From: Deltaproteobacteria bacterium
GTDB taxonomy: Bacteria > Desulfobacterota > Binatia > UBA9968
Assembly (NCBI GenBank): GCA_020027655.1
Contig: JAHKKJ010000001.1
Coordinates: 1 to 25,902 of the forward strand
Direction of reading: 5' to 3'
DNA: 25,902 nucleotides
The notes below the pieces were generated by a model. The model saw only the letters and a list, made by a program, of their open reading frames with translations, searched no databases and was not told the origin of the DNA. How positions within the stretch are numbered: position 1 is the first letter of the stretch; each line of letters begins with the position of its first letter. A program made the translations under genes and the position numbers. Below, piece by piece: positions 10,455 through 18,739 of this stretch.

Positions 10455-10470
10455 CGGCACATGGGTTGCT
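10455..10470 (+). promoter_or_regulatory. Sigma54 -24/-12 promoter
   Basis: CGGCAC-ATGGG-TTGCT. Confidence 0.75.
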
Positions 10471-10493
10471 CAAGAGTTCGTCAGCAGAGTCCC

Positions 10494-10690
10494 ATGAGAA
10501 AAAAATTATCATCATCGCCATGGCAGTTTTCGTAGTTTAGGTGGCCCATCCGCTGAGGGGTTTATTGAGAATGCCGGACTGGCTGTGCCCGAGTCCACCA
10601 GACCCAAAGATCCCGCTCATGGCAAGGAAACAAAGAAAAAAGCAGGCGGAGATCGCCAAACCTGAGATGTTTACGAGCTTATTCTCACGG
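10494..10690 (+). pseudogene. Frameshifted fliL-like N-terminal remnant
   Basis: Joining frames gives MRKK-IIIIAMAVFVV-(L)GGPSAEGFIENAGLAVPESTRPKDPAHGKETKKK...EIAKPEMFT, i.e. basic N-terminus, TM, GG and linker. It is the first ORF after the sigma54 promoter. Confidence 0.4.
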
Positions 10691-10696
10691 GAGTCG

Positions 10697-11620
10697 ATGA
10701 GCGGGATTGAGAAAATCTCTCCTGACGGCCAATCCATCAAGCCGACGTTTGCTCAAGAGCTTGTGCCGCCGCGCCAGCGTTCCGCAGCCTCAAAGCGCGT
10801 GAGCCAGGCGCCCGTCTTCGCCATAACCAGCGGCAAGGGAGGAGTGGGGAAAACCAACGTCGTTGCCAACCTTGCTGCGGCACTGGCGCTGCGTAGCAAA
10901 CGAGTGATGGTGATCGACGCCGATTTGGGATTGGCGAATCTCGATCTCTTTTTGGGAGTCAGGCCCGTATACACACTGGCGGATTTCTTTACCGGCCTGG
11001 TAGCTCTCGACGAAATCATCATCTCGAACCGTGACGGTATTCTCTTGCTTCCGGGCGCCTGCGGTGTGCAGGAAGTCACTGCTCTCCGTTACGATCAAAA
11101 GATCGCACTGCTGACGGAACTCGACGCTTTGAGCCATGAGGTCGATTTGGTCCTAGTGGACACCGGCAGCGGAATTTCCGACGCGGTCACCTATTTTGCT
11201 ACCTCGGCCCAGGAGATCGTAGTGGTTGTAACGCCGGAACCTTCGTCCATGACCGATGCCTATGCCCTGGTCAAGGTGCTTGCGTCCGGGTACCACGAAA
11301 AACGGTTTTACATCCTGGCGAACAGCGTCTCAGACAAAGCAGAAGCGCGCCGGCTGTTCGACGCATTGTCGGGTACGGCGCTGCGGTTTCTCAATGCTTC
11401 GCTGGATTTTTTTGGCTGGATCCCTCGCGATCCCCAGTTGATCCAGGCCGTAGCGCGCTCCCGGCTGATTGTAACGGAAGCGTCCGATGCACCGTCGGCA
11501 AAAGCGTTCGCAGTTATGGCAGAGCGCCTGATTGAAATGACCAGCGCCCGGGTCAGGATAAAAGGTAACGTACAGTTTTTCTTCCGCCGTATGCTCGAGG
11601 GGGGTCGAGCAGCGAAATGA
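10697..11620 (+). CDS. flhG: FlhG/FleN MinD-like ATPase (start uncertain; the track's 10541 extension probably reads through the fliL-like remnant)
   Basis: AITSGKGGVGKT, DADLGLANLD, DTGSG, PEPSSMTDAYALVK; ATGA overlap with fliA. Confidence 0.9.
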   Translation: MSGIEKISPDGQSIKPTFAQELVPPRQRSAASKRVSQAPVFAITSGKGGVGKTNVVANLAAALALRSKRVMVIDADLGLANLDLFLGVRPVYTLADFFTGLVALDEIIISNRDGILLLPGACGVQEVTALRYDQKIALLTELDALSHEVDLVLVDTGSGISDAVTYFATSAQEIVVVVTPEPSSMTDAYALVKVLASGYHEKRFYILANSVSDKAEARRLFDALSGTALRFLNASLDFFGWIPRDPQLIQAVARSRLIVTEASDAPSAKAFAVMAERLIEMTSARVRIKGNVQFFFRRMLEGGRAAK

Positions 11621-12447
11621 AGGCATCTCAAAAAGAGCAGAAAACGAACCGCTTGGCTTTGGGCGAGACAGTCCACCGAGCTAAAGAGGAAATGGTGACC
11701 CAATATCTGCCGTTGGTCCGCCTCGTGGCTGAAAAGGTCCATCGCCGTCTCCCCCCTGGAGTCGATCTGGAATCTCTGATTCATTCCGGCGTCGTCGGTC
11801 TTCTCCAAGCATTGGATCGCTTTGATCCCAAGCGCGGCGTCGATTTCGAAATATATGCCCGTTATCGTATCCAAGGTGAAGTCATGCAGTGCTTGCGTTC
11901 GCTGGATTGGGTGAGGCGCTCGGTGCGGTCCTGGGGGCGCAAGATAGAAGCGGCGAAGACAAAACTCGCAGGTAAGTTCGCCCGGGAGCCTACCGCGGAA
12001 GAAATTGCGAAAGAACTGGAAATTCCTCTGGAGAACTATTTCCGGCTCGACCAGCAGGTAAATGAGGCGACGCTGCTTAGCCTGGAGGATTTGTCTATCG
12101 CGTCTGAAGCGGACTGGGAGCGGGCCCAGGAAAAATACACGGACAGCCCCTTTCTTGATCCGCTCAGCGTTGTTGAAGGCAAGGATCTCGTGGAGAAGCT
12201 AGCCTTGGGTGTAGCCGCATTGCCAGAGCGGGACCGGTTGGTGGTCACACTTTACTACTATGAAGAGCTCACCCTAAGGGAAATCGGACAGATACTTGAT
12301 TTGAGCGAGGGGCGCGTCTGCCAAATCCTCGCCCATGTTGTTGCCTGCCTGCGCGGCACTCTCGGCATCAAGCCGTCGGCGAAACTATCCCCCAAACGCG
12401 CCCAGGAAGCGCCCAAACAAAACGCTAAGAAGTCCGTGCGGGTCTAG
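11617..12447 (+). CDS. fliA: RNA polymerase sigma factor FliA/WhiG (sigma28)
   Basis: YLPLVRLVA, DRFDPKRG, LRSLDWV, REPTAEEIA, LYYYEELTLREIG, SEGRVCQI; follows flhG. Confidence 0.92.
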   Translation: MKASQKEQKTNRLALGETVHRAKEEMVTQYLPLVRLVAEKVHRRLPPGVDLESLIHSGVVGLLQALDRFDPKRGVDFEIYARYRIQGEVMQCLRSLDWVRRSVRSWGRKIEAAKTKLAGKFAREPTAEEIAKELEIPLENYFRLDQQVNEATLLSLEDLSIASEADWERAQEKYTDSPFLDPLSVVEGKDLVEKLALGVAALPERDRLVVTLYYYEELTLREIGQILDLSEGRVCQILAHVVACLRGTLGIKPSAKLSPKRAQEAPKQNAKKSVRV

Positions 12448-12748
12448 CACAGAGGATTGACAGGGTTCGTGACGGATTAAACGAAAATTTTGGCCATTGA
12501 GTTGACGATCCATGGCAGATCCCGTGAAACGGATCGTCTCTCTCCTTCTGTCTCCCGGGATCGTTCGTCTGCGCGGTACTCGCTCTCCACTGACGTTCAT
12601 CACCAATTTGAGGTCCGCCGTCACAGAAAACCAACCGACCAAGGTCCTGCTCCGGACCATTCGAAGGAAACCACGCTGAGTTCAATTGTCTGATAAAAAG
12701 CCTTTGAAATCGCTATATAATAGCGACCGTAAGGATTAGGCTTTGGGC

Positions 12749-12775
12749 TAAAGAAGCTTGCCGACTTGCCGATGA
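12749..12775 (+). promoter_or_regulatory. Sigma28 promoter of flgM
   Basis: TAAA-N15-GCCGATGA versus consensus TAAA-N15-GCCGATAA, 19 nt upstream of the ATG. Confidence 0.8.
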
Positions 12776-12794
12776 AACGGATGTAGAGGAGAGA

Positions 12795-13304
12795 ATGATG
12801 GAAGTCATCCACAAAGGGCGTCCAGGTACGGAGCTCTCCCAGCTGATACACAACGGCAAGGCAGCGGGCCAAGCTGGCCGTGACGAGAGAAGCGAAGTTG
12901 GCCCAACCCTAGAATCAGCCAAGGTCAATATCTCCAAAAAGGCGCGGGAGCCACAAAGAATCGCCCAGCATCTGGCTCGTAAGGGCGATGAACTCCACGC
13001 GGAAAAAGTCCGACAGGTCAAGGAAATTATCGCCAAAGGTGAGTATGAGGTTGATCCCCGGGAGGTCGCTAAAAGTATCATTCGTACCGAGATCTCGCGG
13101 CACCTCGAAAAAAGTAAAGTTCGATCGATGATTATTGATCTGACAGAATTGTTAGCGCTCACAGAAGAAGAAATTGCGGCCGGGGAAAAAATGGCGGCGC
13201 AACGTGGAGGATCAAAAGAAGCCCGTCGCAACGTGGGAAGTCGTCGCGCTTTTCCAACAAATCGATGCAGAACCAAGCCTAGCCTCCTCGACTTTCTCCA
13301 GTAG
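12795..13304 (+). CDS. flgM: Anti-sigma28 factor FlgM with a C-terminal extension (read-through into an flgN-like remnant)
   Basis: SAKVNISKKARE...EKVRQVKEIIAKGEYEVDPREVAKSII; GAGGAG RBS; sigma28 promoter upstream. Confidence 0.85.
   Translation: MMEVIHKGRPGTELSQLIHNGKAAGQAGRDERSEVGPTLESAKVNISKKAREPQRIAQHLARKGDELHAEKVRQVKEIIAKGEYEVDPREVAKSIIRTEISRHLEKSKVRSMIIDLTELLALTEEEIAAGEKMAAQRGGSKEARRNVGSRRAFPTNRCRTKPSLLDFLQ
13128..13304 (+). pseudogene. Degenerate flgN-like remnant
   Basis: MIIDLTELLALTEEEIAAGEKM, then in another frame RNVEDQKKPVATWEVVALFQQID; syntenic position directly after flgM. Confidence 0.45.
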
Positions 13305-13313
13305 AAGGATTCA

Positions 13314-13571
13314 ATGTTGATATTGAGTCGCCGACCCGGCGAGAGTCTCACCATCGGCGACGATGTTGTAGTGACCGTGGTCGGTGTGAGCGGCAACCAG
13401 ATCCGGCTGGGCATTACCGCGCCGCGGGAAGTCCGGGTGCTGCGGGAGGAGGTCTCTAAGGCCATGCGGGAAGAAAACCAGGCCGCTGCCAATGCGCTTG
13501 ATTCCAATAGGAGGCCTGGAGATGCTGTTAGACAGCTGCGGGGACGAAAACAGAGAAAGTCCCGCGACTAA
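13314..13571 (+). CDS. csrA: Carbon storage regulator CsrA, flagellar-cluster type with a C-terminal extension
   Basis: [47 protein letters not shown]; AGAAGGA RBS. Confidence 0.95.
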   Translation: MLILSRRPGESLTIGDDVVVTVVGVSGNQIRLGITAPREVRVLREEVSKAMREENQAAANALDSNRRPGDAVRQLRGRKQRKSRD

Positions 13572-13580
13572 TCATCCCAC

Positions 13581-13700
13581 GCCATCGACGTCGCCATCCA
13601 TCGCAACGTACAAAAGGTTATCGCGCTCAGCACAGACAAGGCCGCCAATCCGATCAATCTGTACGGAACGACCAAGCTCTGCTCCGACAAAGTTCTGGTT
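13581..13700 (+). pseudogene. pseB: Internal fragment of PseB/FlaA1-type UDP-GlcNAc 4,6-dehydratase
   Basis: [40 protein letters not shown] (family signature [17 protein letters not shown]); no start codon, both ends missing. Confidence 0.8.
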
Positions 13701-13720
13701 TTTCAAGAAGGACGCAGCGC

Positions 13721-13957
13721 TTCGTCAGTGAGATTGGCTTGGACAAAGAGATCTTCATTGAATCAGCGCCCAATGAGATGGTCATTTCCTTGAAGGATAC
13801 CGTGCCGTTCGATTCGGGAAAGGCGGACTTGCGACAGTAAGCCGTTCCAGTTCTCGAAAAAGTCGTGGCCACGGTTTTAGTCGCCCTGGGCTATCGGTTG
13901 GAAGTCAGCGGTCATACCGATAGCGTTCCGATCTCGACGTCGAGGTTCCCTTCAAAC
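13721..13957 (+). pseudogene. motB: Fragment of the flagellar motor protein MotB periplasmic (OmpA-like) domain with a premature stop
   Basis: ...[29 protein letters not shown]...RLEVSGHTDSVPISTSRFPSN; TAA at 13838-13840; TM segment and the WELS-onward part are absent. Confidence 0.8.
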
Positions 13958-14369
13958 TATCGCAGCGTCGATCAAAACCCAATCTCGACGAGTCCGGAGA
14001 ATCTTTCAGTTTTCGTTTTCCGGCATAGCCTCAATTGACAGCCAAAGCTCATATCGGATAGTCTCGGGCCGCCTATGAGCAGAGTTGCACATAGTTCACC
14101 TATCCAAGCATGCGACCAACCTACCGTTAATTTCGGTCCGCCGGATGCCGCAACTGATGCCTAGGCGCTTTCGAGCTTGGCTGTGGATTTGGGTATCGGT
14201 GAAGCGGTGGATGTGGTGAATCTAGGTCTGTGCAAAAATTCCTAAAACCATTTTTAGACGCAACCGCGGTTATTTGGTCCCCCCCGGGAATTAGACCGTC
14301 CAGCTTGAGATTTCTGCGAATTCGGGTAGAGGATAACTAGATTCGTTTTGTAAAAGGAGAGAAACGATA

Positions 14370-15461
14370 ATGGAAATTGCGCCGCTTAACGAAAAAACCG
14401 GCTACGTGCGCTGGATGAAGAGCCAAGATCTACCTATTCATGTCGGTCATGGCATGGCGGATCTCCGCACGCTTGAGGTCGCGCCCTACAGCCGCATCGG
14501 TGGCAAAGCGGCCTTCATTCATCTCCACGGTATGCAGGGTATCACTGGCGGATACATCGGCGAGATCGCGCCGGGAGATGCGTTGAAGCCTGAGCGGCAT
14601 TTGTATGAAGAGGTGATTTGCATCTTAAACGGTCAAGGGGCCACGGAGATATGGGATGATCACGGTAGCAAGAAGTTGTTCGAGTGGGGTAAGTGGAGTC
14701 TGTTTGCGCCGCCCATGAACACATCGCACAGGCTGGTGAACGGCTCCCGGGAGCCGGTGAAGTTTCTGGCCGTTACCAACGCGCCACTGGCCTTCGACAT
14801 CTATCGGGACGAAAACTTCGTCTTCAATTGTCCCTACAGCTTCGCCGATCGGTTTCATGGAGAAGAGGACTATTTTAATGTCGGGAAGAAACGCTACGTG
14901 AGCGGTTTGATCAATATCTGGGAAACCAACTTTATCCCGGATATCTCTAACGCGCCTTTGGAAAACCTCGAAGTCAAAGGGGCGGGTTTGCGTCTGAGCC
15001 AGTTTGAAATGTCCGGGAATGCGCTTGTCGGCCATCTCGGCGAGTGGCCAGTGGGCAAGTATCACAAGGCGCATTACCATGGTCCAGGAGCGATTATCGT
15101 CGGACTGCAATCCGTCGGCTATGTGCTGCTCTGGCACAAGCAATGGGGCCTGCATCCGTACACGGAAGGTTATGAGGACAAAGTCATCGAAATCAAATGG
15201 GGCGAGGGCAGCATCTATTGCCCGCCAGGCGATTGGTTTCACCAGCACTTCAACGCCGGCAAAGAACCGGCGCGACATTTGGCGATCCGCTATGGCAGCC
15301 GTCTTTTCCCGCTCGGATTCAAAGTCTCGCATCAGAAAACCGATGACGACGTGTTCAGGGGAGTCAAACAGGGCGGATGGATGATTCCATACGAAGACGA
15401 AGATCCCGAGATTCGCCGCCGCTACCAGGCGGCTCTGAAAGCGAACGAGGTTGCTGCTTAG
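14370..15461 (+). CDS. Bicupin protein (putative metal-dependent dioxygenase or isomerase)
   Basis: Two cupin repeats: RHLYEEVICILNGQG...PPMNTSHRLVN and YHKAHYHG...PPGDWFHQHFN; AAGGAG RBS. Confidence 0.85.
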   Translation: MEIAPLNEKTGYVRWMKSQDLPIHVGHGMADLRTLEVAPYSRIGGKAAFIHLHGMQGITGGYIGEIAPGDALKPERHLYEEVICILNGQGATEIWDDHGSKKLFEWGKWSLFAPPMNTSHRLVNGSREPVKFLAVTNAPLAFDIYRDENFVFNCPYSFADRFHGEEDYFNVGKKRYVSGLINIWETNFIPDISNAPLENLEVKGAGLRLSQFEMSGNALVGHLGEWPVGKYHKAHYHGPGAIIVGLQSVGYVLLWHKQWGLHPYTEGYEDKVIEIKWGEGSIYCPPGDWFHQHFNAGKEPARHLAIRYGSRLFPLGFKVSHQKTDDDVFRGVKQGGWMIPYEDEDPEIRRRYQAALKANEVAA

Positions 15462-15583
15462 TATCAGCAACTTCCCCGCTCTGAATGCGCCGGTAGAAAT
15501 CTGTTATCCCGACAAAACGGCTCCGGATCACAGCTTCGCGCCTCGTTAGCCGTGGATCGCGTCATTGACTCCTTAACCGCTTT

Positions 15584-17227
15584 CTATTCTCTCATTCTTG
15601 AATAAGCGATCTCCCGGCTCGTGATGAATTCGAGCAGAGCGGCCTTTCCTTCTTCAGTCACTCGCCGTGCGCGCTGAAGGGCCGGCAAGATCTGACTCGG
15701 ATCGTCGACTCTTTCCGACCAGCCGCCGAGGGAGCGGGCGAGATCGGCGTAATTTCCGAGTATGTTCATGGTGCCGTAACGCTCGTGGGAAGTTTCCATG
15801 GTGTGGGTCTCGGCGGCCATAAAGTTGTTGTTAAGGACGATGGTGAGAGTCGGGATGTTGCAGCGAACGGCGGTTTCGAAATCGAGGCCGGTCATCCCGA
15901 AGGCGGCATCGCCCATGAAGTTGACGCAGAATTTTTGCGGCGCGGCGAGCTTGGCGCCCATAATCAAGCCCAAACCGGTTCCCAAAGCATGGGATTTTCC
16001 CCAGCCGATGTAGCTGCGTGGTGTCGGAGCTTGATAGAAGGGAACGAGCTGGTTGCGCGGGCTGCCGGCGTCGTGGGTGACAATCACCTCCTTGCGATCG
16101 AACCCATTCATGAATTCCCACATGACCCGATAGGGATTGATCGGTTTTTCATTGGACGTTAGCTTTGGCATCCACTCCGTCACCCATTCGTCTTTGCCCT
16201 TCTTGATCTCAGCGGAGACCGAACCGTTTTCACTACGGTTTTTGTTACCTAACAAGTCTTTCACAGCTTCGATGAACTGCCGTAGTACCGGTTTGGCGTC
16301 GCCGAGAATCGGATAATCTGCCGGATAGTGCTTGTTGATGTCTCGTTCGTCATTGGTCGCGTGAATGATGATCTTCCCTGCGGGGATCGGCGCAGCGACG
16401 ATGTTGTGGCGCGTCAGACTGGCGCCGACGGCAAGTACTACGTCGGCCTTTTGCAAAAATGTATGAACCGGTCTCGGCATTACGCCGGCGCCGGTGCCAA
16501 GAGACAGGGGATGATGTTCGGGAAAGGCGCTCTTACCCTCTAGAGGTGTTGTCACAGGCGCCTGGAGGAGCTCGGCGAGTTCGACCAGCTCTTCCGACGC
16601 CTCCGCGTAGAGTACTCCCTGGCCGGCGACAATCACCGGCCACTTTGCCTGCACGAGAACTTTGGCGGCTTCAGCTACGTCTTTGGCATTGGCGCCGCTT
16701 ACCGTTCGTTTCACCGGTGCATAATTCAACGCTCCCTGAAACTCTTCGATGGCGGCATCATTGGGGATCTCGATTAACACAGGTCCCAGGCGTCCCATTT
16801 TTAAGTAGCTAAACGCGCGGCGCATGATTTCCGGAACTTGATTCGCTAGAGTGATCTCTTCAGTCCATTTCGTGACCGGCGCGTAGGCTTGCACGGACCG
16901 AAAAAAATGAAATACCTGCGACGTGTTGCGCGCGTGGCCAACGGGAAGCAAGAGAATCGGAACGGAGTCCGAGTAGGCCGTGGTGATACCGGAGAAGGCG
17001 TTTTCGGCGCCGGGGCCGGCCTGCATGGTAAAGACGCCGATTCGCTTGCCGTTAGTTATCCGGGTGAAGCCATCGGCGATGCCGACCCCCACTCTTTCTT
17101 GTCGGCAAACGATGGGCTTGATGCCCGCCGAAGCAGCGGCTTCAATCAATGTGTTGGTCGGATAGCAGCTTAGGAATTCGACTCCCTCGCGCTTGAGTAT
17201 TTCGCAAATAGCATCCACGACTTTCAT
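15584..17227 (-). CDS. Thiamine diphosphate-dependent enzyme (acetolactate synthase-like superfamily)
   Basis: RQERVG catalytic Glu; GDAAFG...NN ThDP-binding motif; GGAGG RBS. Confidence 0.9.
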   Translation of the reverse strand: MKVVDAICEILKREGVEFLSCYPTNTLIEAAASAGIKPIVCRQERVGVGIADGFTRITNGKRIGVFTMQAGPGAENAFSGITTAYSDSVPILLLPVGHARNTSQVFHFFRSVQAYAPVTKWTEEITLANQVPEIMRRAFSYLKMGRLGPVLIEIPNDAAIEEFQGALNYAPVKRTVSGANAKDVAEAAKVLVQAKWPVIVAGQGVLYAEASEELVELAELLQAPVTTPLEGKSAFPEHHPLSLGTGAGVMPRPVHTFLQKADVVLAVGASLTRHNIVAAPIPAGKIIIHATNDERDINKHYPADYPILGDAKPVLRQFIEAVKDLLGNKNRSENGSVSAEIKKGKDEWVTEWMPKLTSNEKPINPYRVMWEFMNGFDRKEVIVTHDAGSPRNQLVPFYQAPTPRSYIGWGKSHALGTGLGLIMGAKLAAPQKFCVNFMGDAAFGMTGLDFETAVRCNIPTLTIVLNNNFMAAETHTMETSHERYGTMNILGNYADLARSLGGWSERVDDPSQILPALQRARRVTEEGKAALLEFITSREIAYSRMRE

Positions 17228-17259
17228 TTGAACACCTCCAAGTTAAAGCTCGAATTGAA

Positions 17260-18534
17260 TCAAGCCTGAATTGTTTTCTGTTTCGTCTCGGCTATCACCT
17301 CTTGAATGTATGTCTTGGGATCTAGGGATGCATCGATGTTCGCAACGATGCAGGCAACGTGGCGAAGATCGTTTTGTTGAGGTGTCCGCATAATGTGCGG
17401 CGGTTCTTTGCCCATGTCCAGTGTTCTGACGGACTTGAGCAAAAACTTTCTCACGGCGATCGCCGTAATGTCACCCGCGCCCAAGTGCTCTTTGGAACGG
17501 TCGTAAATTGGTCCCATGCTTTCGGTGGCACAGGAGTCGTGGATCAAAAACTGTTTTCCCATTCCCGTAAAGGTCTCGTGCTTTTGTTCCTCGCGGTCCT
17601 GCAAGTAGTCGTTGTGGATATTGCGAACTTTGATGTGGCCGGGACCGATGCCGCCTTCGAGTTGCTTTTCTTCCTCGCTTACCGGCCGGTTGCGGCGAAA
17701 AAAGATATTGAACCTCAGGGCGTGCTCGTCATCCACCGGAACATGAGAGTGGATCGTGTAGCCTTCAGGATTCCCCTTCAATCCTCCTGTCGGCACAAAT
17801 CCATGGCAGGGCATAACAAAGTTAGACACGCGCAGGTAGGTGACTCCGTCGCCGGCATTTCTGCAAGAGATCATCCTGACACCAAAATCGGTTTCTACGC
17901 CTTCTAGTTTGGGTGCACCGTCCTTGCCGTACATATCCGGGTCGCCCCCGCCTCTCTTCGTTTCCGTGAACGCGCGATGGAGAAAAGAGAGGTGCGAGGA
18001 GTCGGATTCGCCTTCAAGCCCTTGCAGGTAGTTGCAGTCTTGGATGGATTTCGTGACGTAGAGATGCGCTTGCGGTAGCGTCATCCATTCGTAATTTGGC
18101 AAAAGCGGGAGGCGTTCTTGGGGGCCCATGTAGGCGAAGACGACGCCCGCGGCTTCTCTGCACGGATAGGCCGTATGGCGAACCTTGTCCTTGAGCGTGC
18201 TGCCGGCAGGCTCCGCAGGAGTTTCTAGAACTCTGCCCTCGATGTCGTACTTCCAGCCGTGGTAGATGCAACGCAGGCCGCACTCTTCGTTGCGGCCATA
18301 AAACAGGGAAGTGCCTCGGTGCGAGCAATGCTCGGCCAAAAGCCCTACTCGGCCCATGCTATCTCGAAACGCCACGAGATCTTCTCCGAGTAACCGCACC
18401 CGCACCGGAGGGCAATCGGGCTCGGGGATTTCTTGCGATAACAGCGCCGGAATCCAGTAACGCCGCATAAGCGCTCCCATCGGCGATCCTGGACCTACTC
18501 TGGTGATGAGATCGTTTTCCTCGCGAGAAAGCAT
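17260..18534 (-). CDS. Rieske non-heme iron oxygenase alpha subunit (phthalate 4,5-dioxygenase/VanA-like)
   Basis: CSHRG...CIYHG Rieske ligands; DSSHLSFLH mononuclear Fe site; start at ATG 18534 with AGGAG RBS. Confidence 0.92.
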   Translation of the reverse strand: MLSREENDLITRVGPGSPMGALMRRYWIPALLSQEIPEPDCPPVRVRLLGEDLVAFRDSMGRVGLLAEHCSHRGTSLFYGRNEECGLRCIYHGWKYDIEGRVLETPAEPAGSTLKDKVRHTAYPCREAAGVVFAYMGPQERLPLLPNYEWMTLPQAHLYVTKSIQDCNYLQGLEGESDSSHLSFLHRAFTETKRGGGDPDMYGKDGAPKLEGVETDFGVRMISCRNAGDGVTYLRVSNFVMPCHGFVPTGGLKGNPEGYTIHSHVPVDDEHALRFNIFFRRNRPVSEEEKQLEGGIGPGHIKVRNIHNDYLQDREEQKHETFTGMGKQFLIHDSCATESMGPIYDRSKEHLGAGDITAIAVRKFLLKSVRTLDMGKEPPHIMRTPQQNDLRHVACIVANIDASLDPKTYIQEVIAETKQKTIQA

Positions 18535-18739
18535 GGTTTCTCCTATAGACGGCACCAAGCGAGATAGCCGAACAATCGTGACACAAGTTGCCTTGGCCCA
18601 AGGGACAAGTGATCAAACGGCTTCAGTGCAAGGCATTTCTGTAAGCAAGCGCCGCTATTAGGTAGGTTGTTTATCACTGTTGGGGGCATTTTCAAATGTC
18701 ATGATGTCGGGTTCCACGACCAGCCTTTCGGATGGGAAC

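Noticed and set aside
12490-12700. Possible flgI/flgA-like remnant between fliA and flgM (VKRIVSLLLSPGIV...VTENQPT)
   Set aside because: The signal-peptide-like start and ENQ fit the expected synteny, but the similarity is too weak to call without an alignment.
14075-14249. Interrupted ORF MSRVAHSSPIQACDQ...*ALSSLAVDLGIGEAVDVVNLG
   Set aside because: No recognisable family; it may be another remnant but cannot be supported.
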